Made by a program: the position numbers and the translations under genes. Of a DNA stretch of 64,000 nt, positions 27,747 through 37,909 are shown piece after piece; the first letter of the stretch is position 1; each line of letters opens with the position of its first letter. The DNA comes from Rhizobiaceae bacterium (lineage in GTDB: Bacteria; Pseudomonadota; Alphaproteobacteria; Rhizobiales; Rhizobiaceae): contig OZ244147.1 in the NCBI GenBank assembly GCA_965216105.1, positions 1,032,764 through 1,096,763 of the forward strand, given 5' to 3'. The notes under the pieces were generated by a model. The model saw only the letters and a program-made list of their open reading frames with translations, did not search any database and had not been told where the DNA came from.

Positions 27747-28342
27747 GTTTCAACTGTCACTCGACCAAGCACGCCGACAACCGCCGCAACGGACTGGTCC
27801 AGTACCGCAAGCGGTGCCCGGGAGCGGGCAAGAATGCGCAAGCCGACATATTGGGAAAGCAGCAGGGACGCCATCCTTTCATGCTCAGCCTTGCCTGCGG
27901 TGCGGTAATGACGGCTGTCTGCAAGTGCCAAAGCGAAACCGTTCTGCATGTCATTCAGCAATCCCTGAACCATCCGGGAAATGTCCTGGTCATCGGCTGC
28001 CGGTCCGGCGGCAGCCGAACACAGTAGGCAGCCACGCCTGTCCCCATTCCTGACAGTCGAAACAATTGACTGAAACAGGGTATTGATCCGGTCGACCCCA
28101 TCGGCAGGGGTATCACCCGTCAGCAGGTTGACGGCGGGTTGAACCGCATCCGTTTCATAACGGGCAATGGCAGTAAGGAAGAGTGTTTTCTTGTCCTTGA
28201 AGGCCTTGTACAGGCTTCCGCGTGTCAATCCCATGCCCTTCAACAGGTCGGGAAGCGAAGCCTCTTCATAGCCCAGTTCCCAGAAGACGTTCATGGCATC
28301 GCCGATTGCCTGGTCGGTATCAAATTCGCGCGGTCTCGCCAT
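27743..28342 (-). CDS. TetR family regulator adjacent to paa genes (PaaR-like)
   Basis: Start at ATG 28342 (MARPREFDTDQAIGDAMNVFWELGYEEASLPDLLKGMGLTRGSLYKAFKDKKTLF). 4-nt convergent overlap with paaK. Confidence 0.8.
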   Translation of the reverse strand: MARPREFDTDQAIGDAMNVFWELGYEEASLPDLLKGMGLTRGSLYKAFKDKKTLFLTAIARYETDAVQPAVNLLTGDTPADGVDRINTLFQSIVSTVRNGDRRGCLLCSAAAGPAADDQDISRMVQGLLNDMQNGFALALADSRHYRTAGKAEHERMASLLLSQYVGLRILARSRAPLAVLDQSVAAVVGVLGRVTVET

Positions 28343-28410
28343 ATATTTCTCCTTCGCAGAAAAGCTAGTTTGGAACTCTTGAGTCCACAATTCACGTTAT
28401 TGTGTTTTGT

Positions 28411-28420
28411 ACCAATTGGT
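28411..28420. promoter_or_regulatory. Perfect 10-bp palindrome ACCAATTGGT in the paaR/DM13 divergent region
   Basis: Seen directly, 69 nt upstream of the paaR-like start. Confidence 0.35.
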
Positions 28421-28489
28421 TCCTAATGATAAATATCCATCGTCTCCCGAAAAGGAGGCTTGAACCCCGATCTTTCAAGGAATACGAAA

Positions 28490-28888
28490 ATGAAGAATTT
28501 TATCCGGACAATTGTTTTTGCAATCGGCGCATCCCTCATTGTTTTCATGCCCATGCAGGCTTATGCGGAGAAGGCCGTCGCGAAAGGCAGTTTCGTTGGG
28601 GCAAGCGATCACATCACGACAGGTGGCGTCTCCATAATCAAGACCGCAAATGGTGGCGCTGTCGTCATACTGGACACGAATTTCAGTCTGGATGGCGCAC
28701 CTGATCCCCGTGTCGGGTTTGGCAAGGATGGCAAATTTATTGATGCTTCCGATCTGGGCAAACTGGTCAACAATGACGGGTTGCAGGCTTATGTGGTTCC
28801 GCCAAGTGTCAATGTGGATGATTTCAATGAAGTCTATATCTGGTGCCGCAAGTTTGCCGTTCCGCTGGGTGTTGCATCGCTGAACTAA
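28490..28888 (+). CDS. Secreted DM13-domain protein
   Basis: Start at ATG 28490. Signal peptide MKNFIRTIVFAIGASLIVFMPMQAYA. DM13-like core GSFVGASDHITTGGVSII...LDTNFSLDGAPDPRVGF...IWCRKFAVPLG. Confidence 0.7.
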   Translation: MKNFIRTIVFAIGASLIVFMPMQAYAEKAVAKGSFVGASDHITTGGVSIIKTANGGAVVILDTNFSLDGAPDPRVGFGKDGKFIDASDLGKLVNNDGLQAYVVPPSVNVDDFNEVYIWCRKFAVPLGVASLN

Positions 28889-28906
28889 GCAAACAACAGT
28901 CTTGTC

Positions 28907-28939
28907 AAAAGGGCAGGGGCTAATGCTTCTGCCCTTTTG
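28907..28939 (+). terminator. Probable intrinsic terminator after the DM13 gene
   Basis: AAAAGGGCAG (28907-28916) / CTGCCCTTTT (28929-28938). Confidence 0.5.
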
Positions 28940-28996
28940 TGTTGGCACGGGCTTTCCCGTCTTGACGGCAGGCACTGGCTGGCTCATATCCAACGC

Positions 28997-30280
28997 ATGG
29001 AAAATACCGCAGATGTCCGGGCATTTCTTGCCGAACTGTTTCACAAGGCTGTAGATGCTGCCAGACCGGAAGAAACGATCCGTTCGTTTCTTCCCGAAAA
29101 GCCTTCGGGCCGTGTGATCGTTATCGGTGCGGGCAAGGCGTCTTCCCAAATGGCACGGGCTTTCGAACAGGCGTGGTCAGAAAAACATGACAGTGCGATC
29201 GAAGGACTTGTTGTAACCCGTTACGGATATGCCTGTGACTGTGAGCATGTCGAGATTGTCGAGGCCGCTCACCCGGTTCCTGACGAGGCCGGGCTTGCTG
29301 GTTCAAGACGGCTGCTTGAGAAAGTATCCGGGCTGAATGAGGATGACCTGGTGGTTGCCCTGATTTCGGGAGGTGGATCAGCGCTGCTTCCGTGTCCGCC
29401 AGAGGGTATCAGTCTTGAGGATGAAATTGCGGTGAATGAGGCACTTCTTGCCTCCGGTGCGCCGATTTCCGCCATGAATACAGTGAGAAAGGCTGTTTCG
29501 CGCATCAAGGGAGGCAGGCTTGCCGTTGCAGCCCATCCGGCCCGTGTCGTCTCCCTGCTTGTTTCGGACATACCGGGAGACCATCCACAATATATCGCTT
29601 CAGGCCCCACTGTCGCTGATGCCGGCAGCCGGGAAGATGCGCTTGCCATTGTCGAACGCTACGAGATGGAACTGCCGGACAGTGTCATGAAACACATGCG
29701 CTCCGAGGCTGCTCAGGCACCGCTTCCCGATGATCCCAGGCTGGCGCGTGCCGAACACCATATCATTGCCTCGGCAGCAAAATCGCTGGAAGTGGCTGCC
29801 GAACATGCCCGCTCGATGGGCATTGAAGCGCATATCCTGTCGGATTCGATAGAAGGTGAAGCGCGTGAAGCTGCATTGACACAGGCAGCCGTTGCGCGTG
29901 AGATTTTGCATCGCGACAGACCTTTCAAAAAACCGGTTCTTCTGCTTTCGGGTGGTGAAACCACAGTTACGCTCAAGGGGCGTGGCAAGGGCGGTCGCAA
30001 CACTGAGTTCTTGTTGGGCTTTGCGATAGCGATTGACGGAGAGCGCGGCATTCATGCGCTTTGCGCCGATACGGACGGTATTGATGGCAGTGAGGACAAT
30101 GCGGGTGCATTTGCCGATTGCGATACAGTTAGCAAAATGCGGACTGCCGGGATCGACCCGGGCATATTTTTGCAAAACAATGATGCATGGTCTGCCTTTC
30201 AGAAGGCCGGAACCCTATTTATACCGGGACCTACCGGAACCAACGTGAACGATTTTCGCGCGATATTGATATCCGGATAG
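28997..30280 (+). CDS. Glycerate 2-kinase / hydroxypyruvate reductase family protein (MOFRL, TtuD-like)
   Basis: Start at ATG 28997 (MENTADVRAFLAELFHKAVDAARPE). Motifs VIGAGKAS, ALISGGGSALL and LLSGGETTVTLKGRGKGGRNTEF are typical of the family. Confidence 0.85.
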   Translation: MENTADVRAFLAELFHKAVDAARPEETIRSFLPEKPSGRVIVIGAGKASSQMARAFEQAWSEKHDSAIEGLVVTRYGYACDCEHVEIVEAAHPVPDEAGLAGSRRLLEKVSGLNEDDLVVALISGGGSALLPCPPEGISLEDEIAVNEALLASGAPISAMNTVRKAVSRIKGGRLAVAAHPARVVSLLVSDIPGDHPQYIASGPTVADAGSREDALAIVERYEMELPDSVMKHMRSEAAQAPLPDDPRLARAEHHIIASAAKSLEVAAEHARSMGIEAHILSDSIEGEAREAALTQAAVAREILHRDRPFKKPVLLLSGGETTVTLKGRGKGGRNTEFLLGFAIAIDGERGIHALCADTDGIDGSEDNAGAFADCDTVSKMRTAGIDPGIFLQNNDAWSAFQKAGTLFIPGPTGTNVNDFRAILISG

Positions 30281-30298
30281 CCGGAGAAGGAGATAGCG

Positions 30299-31480
30299 AT
30301 GTCAGACAGAATAGTAATTGCAGGTGCCAAGCGCACAGCAATGGGTGGTTTTCAAGGCGAGTTTTCCGGTTTGGCTGCTGCCGAACTGGGTGGCGCTGCG
30401 ATCAAGGCTGCTGTTGAGGATGCCGGTATTGATCCGCTCCGCGTTGATGAAGTGGTAATGGGCAATGTGCTTGGCGCTGGCCAGGGGCAGGCTCCGGCCA
30501 GACAGGCTGCTTTCAAGGCCGGTCTCGACAAGAAAACCCCTTCCACCACACTCAACAAAATGTGTGGCTCGGGCATGAAAGCCACCATGGTTGCCTATGA
30601 CCAGCTCAAGGCTGAAAACGGGGACTTTATCGTCGCCGGTGGCATGGAGAGCATGACCAATGCGCCATATCTTCTGGAAAAAATGCGTGGTGGCGCAAGG
30701 ATCGGCCATCAGCAGGTTATAGACCACATGTTCCTTGACGGTCTTGAAGATGCCTATGAGAAGGGCAAGCTGATGGGACATTTCGCCGAGGATTGTGCGG
30801 AAAAGTTCCAGTTTACCCGGGAAATGCAGGACGAGTTCGCGGTACGGTCGCTTGAAAATGCGATCAATGCGGAAAAGGACGGCAAGTTCTCCAGGGAGAT
30901 CACCCCTGTTTCCTACGAAACCCGCAAGGGCGAGGTCAATGTTTCATCGGATGAACAGCCGCGCAACGCCCGTCCGGACAAGATTCCCCATCTCAAGCCT
31001 GCTTTCCTCAAGGATGGTACGGTGACCGCGGCCAATGCGTCCTCGATTTCCGATGGCGCTGCAGCGCTGGTTCTGACCCGCGAAAGCATTGCGGAGAAAG
31101 AAGGACTGGAGGTGCGTGCAATCATTCACGGTCATGCCAGCCATGCCCATGAGCCCGGCTGGTTTACCACTGCCCCCGTACCGGCAGCCAAGAAGCTGAT
31201 GGAGAAAATCGGCTGGACGAAGGAAGATGTTGATCTTTGGGAAGTAAACGAGGCTTTTGCCGTCGTTCCCATGGCGTTCATGCATGAATTCGGCCTCGAC
31301 CGCGATGTGGTGAACGTACATGGTGGTGCCTGTGCACTGGGCCATCCGATTGGCGCTTCGGGAAGCCGGATCATCGTCACATTGCTCAATGCACTTGAAA
31401 CCCATAACAAGAAACGCGGACTTGCTGCCATTTGTATTGGTGGCGGTGAAGGTACTGCGATTGCAATTGAAAGGCCCTGA
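30299..31480 (+). CDS. Acetyl-CoA C-acyltransferase (thiolase)
   Basis: 393 aa. Active-site Cys region NKMCGSGMKA. C-terminal motifs GGACALGHPIGASG and CIGGGEGTAIAIE. Confidence 0.92.
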   Translation: MSDRIVIAGAKRTAMGGFQGEFSGLAAAELGGAAIKAAVEDAGIDPLRVDEVVMGNVLGAGQGQAPARQAAFKAGLDKKTPSTTLNKMCGSGMKATMVAYDQLKAENGDFIVAGGMESMTNAPYLLEKMRGGARIGHQQVIDHMFLDGLEDAYEKGKLMGHFAEDCAEKFQFTREMQDEFAVRSLENAINAEKDGKFSREITPVSYETRKGEVNVSSDEQPRNARPDKIPHLKPAFLKDGTVTAANASSISDGAAALVLTRESIAEKEGLEVRAIIHGHASHAHEPGWFTTAPVPAAKKLMEKIGWTKEDVDLWEVNEAFAVVPMAFMHEFGLDRDVVNVHGGACALGHPIGASGSRIIVTLLNALETHNKKRGLAAICIGGGEGTAIAIERP

Positions 31481-31483
31481 TTG

Positions 31484-32254
31484 ATGGAACTGAATGACAA
31501 GATAGCCGCAGTCGTAACGGGCGGCGGATCAGGTTTGGGCGAGGGGACTGCCAGAGCCCTTGCCGCGCGCGGTGTCAAGGTTGCTGTTTTCGACCTGAAC
31601 GAAGAAGCCGGGCAAAAAGTGGCCAGCGAGATTGGCGGCGTCTTTGCCAAGGTTGATGTTTCCGATGCGGCTTCTGTCGCCGAAGGGCTGAAACTTGCCC
31701 GCAAAGCACACGGCCAGGAATCCATATGTGTCAATTGCGCAGGGATTGCCCCGGCTGCAAAGACCGTGGACCGCGAAGGCAATCCTCACGATCCGGACCT
31801 CTTTGCCAAAGTCGTTGGTGTCAACCTTGTTGGAACGTTCAATGTAGCAAGCCAATGCGCAGCCGGGATGTCCGGGCAGGAACCGGTTGCTGCAGACGGT
31901 GAGCGTGGTGTCATTATCAACACGGCATCTGTTGCCGCCTTTGACGGCCAGATTGGCCAGATCGGTTATGGTGCCTCAAAAGCGGCAGTTGCCGGCATGA
32001 CCTTGCCGATGGCGCGGGACCTTTCCCGCAACGGGGTTCGGGTCATGACGATTGCGCCGGGCATTTTTGGCACTCCCATGGTAAAGGGCATGCCGCAGGA
32101 AGTTCAGGATGCACTCGGTGCCATGATCCCGTTTCCTTCCCGTCTTGGCGAACCCGATGAATATGCGAAGCTTGCACTGGCGATTTGTGAAAATCCGATG
32201 CTGAACGGCGAGACCATCCGCCTTGATGGCGCCATTCGCATGGCACCAAAATAA
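31484..32254 (+). CDS. SDR-family 3-hydroxyacyl-CoA dehydrogenase (HSD17B10-like)
   Basis: TGGGSGLG cofactor motif. Catalytic YGASKAAV (YxxxK). Starts immediately after the thiolase stop. Confidence 0.85.
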   Translation: MELNDKIAAVVTGGGSGLGEGTARALAARGVKVAVFDLNEEAGQKVASEIGGVFAKVDVSDAASVAEGLKLARKAHGQESICVNCAGIAPAAKTVDREGNPHDPDLFAKVVGVNLVGTFNVASQCAAGMSGQEPVAADGERGVIINTASVAAFDGQIGQIGYGASKAAVAGMTLPMARDLSRNGVRVMTIAPGIFGTPMVKGMPQEVQDALGAMIPFPSRLGEPDEYAKLALAICENPMLNGETIRLDGAIRMAPK

Positions 32255-32289
32255 CATCGTCGCAGAACTGAACTGATTGCCTGTAAAGG

Positions 32290-32316
32290 CCCGTCGGGAA
32301 ACCGGCGGGTTTTTTT
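32290..32316 (+). terminator. Strong rho-independent terminator of the thiolase/SDR operon
   Basis: CCCGTCGG-GAAA-CCGGCGGG (8 bp including one G-U pair, GNRA loop) followed by seven T. Confidence 0.85.
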
Positions 32317-32562
32317 GTTGCCTGCCTGCATTTGCAAGCTCCGGCTATCAAGGGCACTGCGCAAGCAAACAGGGGTGAATGATTACGAACTGATGATCTG
32401 AAATGGATACTGCTTTTGGACGCTGAACAACAAAACCTGCTTTGTTTGCCGAGGTCTGAAAACAACCGGTGCGAAAAGGGCTCGCGACAAGGCTGCTTTG
32501 ATAGAGCGCCTCTTTCACTATGTGTGATGAGTGGGGAAATGCAGGCAACAAAAAAACCCGCC
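32304..32562. repeat. 22-nt perfect inverted repeat (GGCGGGTTTTTTTGTTGCCTGC) shared by two convergent terminators, bracketing about 200 bp of non-coding DNA
   Basis: Left copy at 32304-32325. Right copy (reverse complement) at 32541-32562. Identity resumes with ATTT/AAAT after a 4-nt CTGC insertion in the left copy. Confidence 0.8.
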
Positions 32563-32580
32563 AACCGTAGTTGGCGGGTT
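32547..32580 (-). terminator. Strong rho-independent terminator of the porin gene
   Basis: On the minus strand: AACCCGCCAAC-TACG-GTTGGCGGGTT followed by a T-run. Confidence 0.85.
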
Positions 32581-32615
32581 CTCTAAAGAACGATGTTCTT
32601 TTCGACTTGGCTAAC

Positions 32616-33887
32616 TTAGAAATCGCGACGAAGGCTGATTTCGAAGCCGTCGTAGTCGTGATCTACAGCAGCACCAACAGTACCTGCGAGAGCACCGGTG
32701 TTAGCTTGTACGTTGTCAGCTTCGCCGAAGAAGTAAGCTGCCTTGATGTGGAAGCCAGGAGCAGCAGAAGGGTACCAGTTCAGACCAAGAACAGTCAGGT
32801 CTGCATCACCTTCAAGACCACCTGGGCGACCGGCAACACCAGCTACGCCTACAGCAGGAGCAACAGCGGCAACAGTGTTGGCGTTGCTGCCTTCAGCATG
32901 CCAGTGAGCTGCGATGAACTCGACTTCGTCGGTCAGGTTCATTTGGAAAGCAACTGACCAGATGTCGTCTACGTTTACGTGTACATCGCTGTATACGTAT
33001 TCGGTCATTGCGTTACCATCGTAAGCGTATGAACCGTAGAGAACACCACCAGGAATGTACTCGGAAAGGTCAAGAGAGACGCTTGCCTTGTATGCCCAGT
33101 TACCGCGGCTGTTAGCAACTACACCACCAAGAGCGTTAATTTCAACGGAGTCAGTGTCATGTGCAGCTGAGAAAGCAACAGTACCCCAGTCAGCTGAGTA
33201 GTTCACACCAGCGTAGAAGTTTGCAGCATCGTTACCGTTAAGTGTGCCGTCCAGGTCAGAAGAACCAGTACGAACGTCTTCAACACCAACAGTTACAGCA
33301 AGGCCGTCTGCAGCCCATGTGTAGTCGAGGAATGTTGAGTCACGGAAACCGTACCAGCCATCAGTTGCGATGAACGGGCCACCAGCACCTTCAAGGTTTA
33401 CACCAGCAAAGCCGTGGTTAGCTACGAAGTAGGTACCACCGTTTTGACCGATGCGGAAACCAGCGAGAGACATCATTGCAATGTCAGCCCGGAAAGCAGT
33501 TGCAGCAGTTTCGTTTGCGCCACCAGCTTCAAGACGGATAAGAGCACGGAGTGTACCCCAGTCAGTCTCGTTGCGTGTGTCGATGTTGACACGTGCGCGC
33601 TGAGCCCAAGCACCAGCTTCGTCAGTTACACGACGTGTGTCAGCGTTAACGCCGCCAGCAGCAAGTGTAGTATCGACGTAAGCTTTGTTGAAAGCTGAAC
33701 GTACGAAGCCTGAGAAGCGGATACAAGTCTCAGTGCCTGGAATGAAGAAGAAACCAGAACCGTAAGCGTCACAAACGCGAACGTATTCGACTGGCTCCGG
33801 CTCGATGACAACAGCGTCTGCTGCCTGAGCACCGGAAACAGCAACCATTGCGGCAGCTGAACCGAGAAGGAGAGAACGAATATTCAT
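32616..33887 (-). CDS. Outer-membrane porin, Rhizobiales Porin_2 (Omp2/RopA-like) family
   Basis: Start at ATG 33887 after AGGGA. Signal peptide [64 protein letters not shown]-terminus. C-terminal ...FEISLRRDF. Codon usage is visibly different from the neighbours, as in highly expressed genes. Confidence 0.9.
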   Translation of the reverse strand: MNIRSLLLGSAAAMVAVSGAQAADAVVIEPEPVEYVRVCDAYGSGFFFIPGTETCIRFSGFVRSAFNKAYVDTTLAAGGVNADTRRVTDEAGAWAQRARVNIDTRNETDWGTLRALIRLEAGGANETAATAFRADIAMMSLAGFRIGQNGGTYFVANHGFAGVNLEGAGGPFIATDGWYGFRDSTFLDYTWAADGLAVTVGVEDVRTGSSDLDGTLNGNDAANFYAGVNYSADWGTVAFSAAHDTDSVEINALGGVVANSRGNWAYKASVSLDLSEYIPGGVLYGSYAYDGNAMTEYVYSDVHVNVDDIWSVAFQMNLTDEVEFIAAHWHAEGSNANTVAAVAPAVGVAGVAGRPGGLEGDADLTVLGLNWYPSAAPGFHIKAAYFFGEADNVQANTGALAGTVGAAVDHDYDGFEISLRRDF

Positions 33888-34238
33888 GTTAATTTTCCCT
33901 ATGCTTTGAATTTCGATCAACACTGTCGTGCCTTTCGATAGGCTATCTATAGGGATGGGTGCATCGGCAAGTCAATTTCGGTTTTGCCAATTTGGCGCCA
34001 AAACAGGCCTCCTGAACGACTTCGCTTTTCAGTGTAGCAAATATGCAACAAAAACGGCATCTGCTGTGGGTAAGGAGCTGTTAAGCTTGGTTAAGAAAGG
34101 GTTGCCAAACGCCTGTTTCAGGCATTTTGACGCAAAAACAGGCGCAAGCATGGCGAATCCTGCCGATTTCCAGGTTCGGTTGGCGAGAATCAACGATATC
34201 CGGGAAACTGGCAGGCAGTTTCGAGCCTGAACCGATTC

Positions 34239-36692
34239 TCATGCCTTTACGCGTTCCGACTTCGGGTCATACATCGGCTTGAGGCTTGCTTCTGCGCTGA
34301 AGCGTTCACCGGCAATCTCGATTTCGTAGTCAGAAGCCAGCACCTGCGCGGCATTCTCACCCTTGCAGGGTACATAACCGAGGCCGATCGCGGCATCGAA
34401 GCTGTGACCGTAACTGGCTGACGTTATGTAAGAGACGATCTTGCCATCGCGAATGACAGGTTCATTGTGATAGAGCAAGGGCAGCGGATCGTTCAGGCAG
34501 AACTGGACCAGACGCATGTCGAGGCCCTCTTCCTTCTTGCGCAATACGGCGTCACGGCCAATGAAGCTTTCCTTCGCGGTCTTGACCGCAAAGCCCAGGC
34601 CGGCTTCCAGCACATGATCCTCGCCGGTGATGTCGTGGCCGAAATGGCGGAATGCCTTTTCAATCCTCAATGAATCCATCATGTGCATGCCGCACAGTTT
34701 CAGGTTCATGTCCTGTCCGGCCTCATGCAGGGCTTCGAAGACATGGGCACACATATCTGTCGGGACATACAGTTCCCAGCCCAGTTCGCCGACATAGGTA
34801 ACCCGGTGGGCACGGGCCAGCGCCATTCCGATCTCTACCTCGTGGGCCTGCCCGAAAGGGTGTGTGGCATTGGTCCAGTCATGGCCTGATACCTTTTCCA
34901 GCAATTGCCGGGAGTTTGGCCCCATGACGGCGAGAACGCCCTCGGCAGATGTCATGTCCATCAGGACAATCTGGTGATCGCCACGGTTTTTCCGCATCCA
35001 GTGCAGTTCGCGTTGCACGGTCGCGGCTGGTGTCACGACAATATACGATGTCTCGCCAAGCCGGGTGACTGTCACATCCGCTTCAATGCCGCCGCGACTG
35101 TTCAGAAACTGGGTGTAAACGATCTTGCCGACGGGAACATCGACATCATTACCGCATATGTAATTGAGGAAGGCGCAGGCATCGCTGCCTTCCACGCGGA
35201 TCTTGCCGAAGGAAGACATGTCGTACATGCCAACATTCTGGCGTATCGCCCGATGCTCTTCAGCAGCATTTAGGAACCAGTTTTGACGCTTCCATGTGTA
35301 TTTGTACTCCGCATCCTGACCGGATGATGCAAACCAGTTGGCCCGTTCCCAGCCGGCCACTTCACCGAACACGGCACCATGCTCCGCAAGCTGCTGGTGA
35401 AAGGGTGTCCGGCGCACGCCTCTGGCGGTTGCCATCTGGCGGAAAGGGAAATGGTCAGCATAGAGAAGGCCGAGGGTTTCCGTGGAGCGCTCGTAAAGAT
35501 AGGTCTTGTTTCCCTGGAAAGGCTGCATGCGCCGGATATCAACGTCACCCAGGTCAAAGGGCGGCATGCCCTGGTCCATCCATTCGGCAACTGCCCAGCC
35601 GGCACCACCCGAAGACTGAATGCCGATGGAGTTGAAGCCTGCGCAGACAAAGAAGTTTTCCAGGTTTGGTGCCTCGCCAATATGATAGGCGTCGTCCGGG
35701 GTGAAACTTTCTGGCCCGTTGAAGAAGGTGTGGATGCCGGCTTCAGCGAGCATCGGCATTCGGTTTACCGCCTTTTCCAGGATCGGTTCGAAATGGTCGA
35801 AATCCTCCGGCAGCTGGTCAAAGCAGAAATCTTCCGGAATGCCGTTCATTCCCCACGGCTTGGCATCGGGTTCAAATGCGCCCAGCAGCATCTTGCCTGC
35901 ATCTTCCTTGTAATAGGCGCATTCATCCGGCACCCGCAGGACCGGCAACTGGCTGAGGCCGGCAATGCTTTCAGTGACGATGTAAAAATGCTCACATGCA
36001 TGCAAAGGTACATTAACCCCTGCCTTGCGTCCGATCTCGTGGGCCCACATGCCGCCGCAATTGACCACGAAGTCGGCTTCAATCGTGCCCTGGTCATCAA
36101 CGCCGTCCCGTTTCCACGAAACTCCGGTCACACGACCGTTTCTGGAGTGTATGTCGGTGACTTTCACACCCTCGATCACTTGTGCGCCATTCATTTTGGC
36201 GCCCTTTGCCAGAGCATGGGCAATATTGGCAGGGTCTCCCTGTCCGTCAAGCGGCAGGTATACCGCCCCCACCACATCTTCTATGTTCAGGTGCTCGTAG
36301 CGTTGCTTTACCTCGCTCGGGGAGATCTCCTCGACCTCAACGCCAAAGGCGCGGGCCATGGATGCCAGCCGGTAGATTTCCTCCCGGCGTTCTTCAGTAA
36401 GAGCAACCGTGATCGAACCGCAACGGCGGAACCCGGTTGCCACGCCGGTTTCCTCTTCAAGGGTGCCATACAGTTCCTGGCTGTATTTGGCGAGTTTTGT
36501 GGTGTTCTTGCTGGTGCGCAGTTGGGCAATCAGGCCTGCCGCATGCCAGGTTGTGCCGCAGGTAAGCTGTTTACGCTCGAGAAGAACGATATCCTTCCAG
36601 CCCAGTTTTGCCAGATGGTAGGCAACGGAACATCCGGCTACCCCGCCACCGATGATGACTGCTCTTGCTTTTGCCGGGACAGGTTTGGCCAT
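34239..36692 (-). CDS. FAD-dependent amine dehydrogenase with a C-terminal GcvT (folate-binding) domain, DMGDH/sarcosine-dehydrogenase family (paralogue B)
   Basis: Start at ATG 36692 after AAAGGA. IIGGGVAGCSVAYHL dinucleotide motif. TTWHAAG flavinylation-type motif. About 817 aa with a GcvT-like C-terminal half. Confidence 0.9.
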   Translation of the reverse strand: MAKPVPAKARAVIIGGGVAGCSVAYHLAKLGWKDIVLLERKQLTCGTTWHAAGLIAQLRTSKNTTKLAKYSQELYGTLEEETGVATGFRRCGSITVALTEERREEIYRLASMARAFGVEVEEISPSEVKQRYEHLNIEDVVGAVYLPLDGQGDPANIAHALAKGAKMNGAQVIEGVKVTDIHSRNGRVTGVSWKRDGVDDQGTIEADFVVNCGGMWAHEIGRKAGVNVPLHACEHFYIVTESIAGLSQLPVLRVPDECAYYKEDAGKMLLGAFEPDAKPWGMNGIPEDFCFDQLPEDFDHFEPILEKAVNRMPMLAEAGIHTFFNGPESFTPDDAYHIGEAPNLENFFVCAGFNSIGIQSSGGAGWAVAEWMDQGMPPFDLGDVDIRRMQPFQGNKTYLYERSTETLGLLYADHFPFRQMATARGVRRTPFHQQLAEHGAVFGEVAGWERANWFASSGQDAEYKYTWKRQNWFLNAAEEHRAIRQNVGMYDMSSFGKIRVEGSDACAFLNYICGNDVDVPVGKIVYTQFLNSRGGIEADVTVTRLGETSYIVVTPAATVQRELHWMRKNRGDHQIVLMDMTSAEGVLAVMGPNSRQLLEKVSGHDWTNATHPFGQAHEVEIGMALARAHRVTYVGELGWELYVPTDMCAHVFEALHEAGQDMNLKLCGMHMMDSLRIEKAFRHFGHDITGEDHVLEAGLGFAVKTAKESFIGRDAVLRKKEEGLDMRLVQFCLNDPLPLLYHNEPVIRDGKIVSYITSASYGHSFDAAIGLGYVPCKGENAAQVLASDYEIEIAGERFSAEASLKPMYDPKSERVKA

Positions 36693-36736
36693 GACCGGTG
36701 ATCCTTTCAGGGTAGCGGCTTTATCAAAATCGGCCG

Positions 36737-37909
36737 TCAGGTGTAATGGGTGGATATGAAGCGTTCCAGCCGTTTGGCGGCTTCCCGCAAAAGCTCTTCC
36801 GGCTGGCACAGGCTGATGCGCAAGTGACCGGCTGCCGAGGGGCCGAAACTGTCACCCGGCATGGTGCAGAGTTTTTCCGTTTCCAGCAGTTCAAATGCAA
36901 ACTTCTGGGCATCCAGAGTGATTTCCCGGATATCCAGCATGATGTACATGCCGCCTGCATCATTGTGGGCATGGATGCGGTTTATGCCGGAAATCGCCTC
37001 AAGAAACGCTTCTCCGCGGCGGTGAAATGTTTCCGCCAGTTCTCCGACACCGTAACCCCTGTCCAGTGCTTCTGCGGCAGCGCGGCTGATGAAATCGGAA
37101 ATGCCGTAACTGTTGACCAGATTGTGCTGCATGAAATTGTGGATCATGTCCGGTTCGGCAATTACCCAGCCAACCCGCCAGCCCGTCATGGCATGGCTTT
37201 TCGACATGGACATTACAATGAGCGTGCGTTCCTTCATGCCCGGCAGTGAGCGGGGCGAGATGTGGCGCCCCCCGGAAAGGGACCAGTAAACCTCATCGGA
37301 GATGAGCCACAGGTCATGCCTGATGCACAAACCTGCAATGCCTTCGAGTGTTTCGCGGTCATAAATCGCGCAGGTCGGATTGTTCGGGGTGTTCATCAAT
37401 ATGGCACGTGTATTCGGCCGGACAGCCTCGGCAATCCTGTCGGCACGCGGCTGGAAACCGTCATCGGCTTCCGCAGCTACCAGTGTGAATGAACAGCCGG
37501 CAGCACGCACTGTGCCGGGATAAGTAACATAATGAGGGCTGATGATGATGACGTGGTCACCGGGATCGAGGGCAGCCTGCATGGATGCGTAGAGCCCGGC
37601 CTGGCCGCCACCGGTAGCTATCACTTCGGCATCGCTCACGGGCATGCCGATTGCTTCGGTGGAAACTTTCGCCATGGCAGAGACCAGTTCTGGGATGCCC
37701 TGCATGGTTGTATATTTGGTGTGTCCCGCATCAAGCGCATGTTTGGCAGCTTCGCGGATTTCCACCGGTGTCGGGAAATCATGGTCGCCGATGGCAAGCG
37801 TCAGGATGTCCTGGCCCTCACGAGCCATTTCGATTCCGCGCAGGTAGACCTCCCAGCCTTCCTGGTTGCCGGACGAAATGTGGGTGATGCGATGCGATGG
37901 TTGAGGCAT
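36737..37909 (-). CDS. Class I/II pyridoxal-phosphate aminotransferase
   Basis: 390 aa. NTPNNPT motif and the PLP-lysine motif SMSKSHAMTGWRVG. Confidence 0.9.
   Translation of the reverse strand: MPQPSHRITHISSGNQEGWEVYLRGIEMAREGQDILTLAIGDHDFPTPVEIREAAKHALDAGHTKYTTMQGIPELVSAMAKVSTEAIGMPVSDAEVIATGGGQAGLYASMQAALDPGDHVIIISPHYVTYPGTVRAAGCSFTLVAAEADDGFQPRADRIAEAVRPNTRAILMNTPNNPTCAIYDRETLEGIAGLCIRHDLWLISDEVYWSLSGGRHISPRSLPGMKERTLIVMSMSKSHAMTGWRVGWVIAEPDMIHNFMQHNLVNSYGISDFISRAAAEALDRGYGVGELAETFHRRGEAFLEAISGINRIHAHNDAGGMYIMLDIREITLDAQKFAFELLETEKLCTMPGDSFGPSAAGHLRISLCQPEELLREAAKRLERFISTHYT

Noticed and set aside
32348-32551. 67-aa ORF inside the spacer flanked by the inverted terminator repeats
   Set aside because: No RBS, odd composition, and it lies between two inward-facing terminators. 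It is treated as non-coding.
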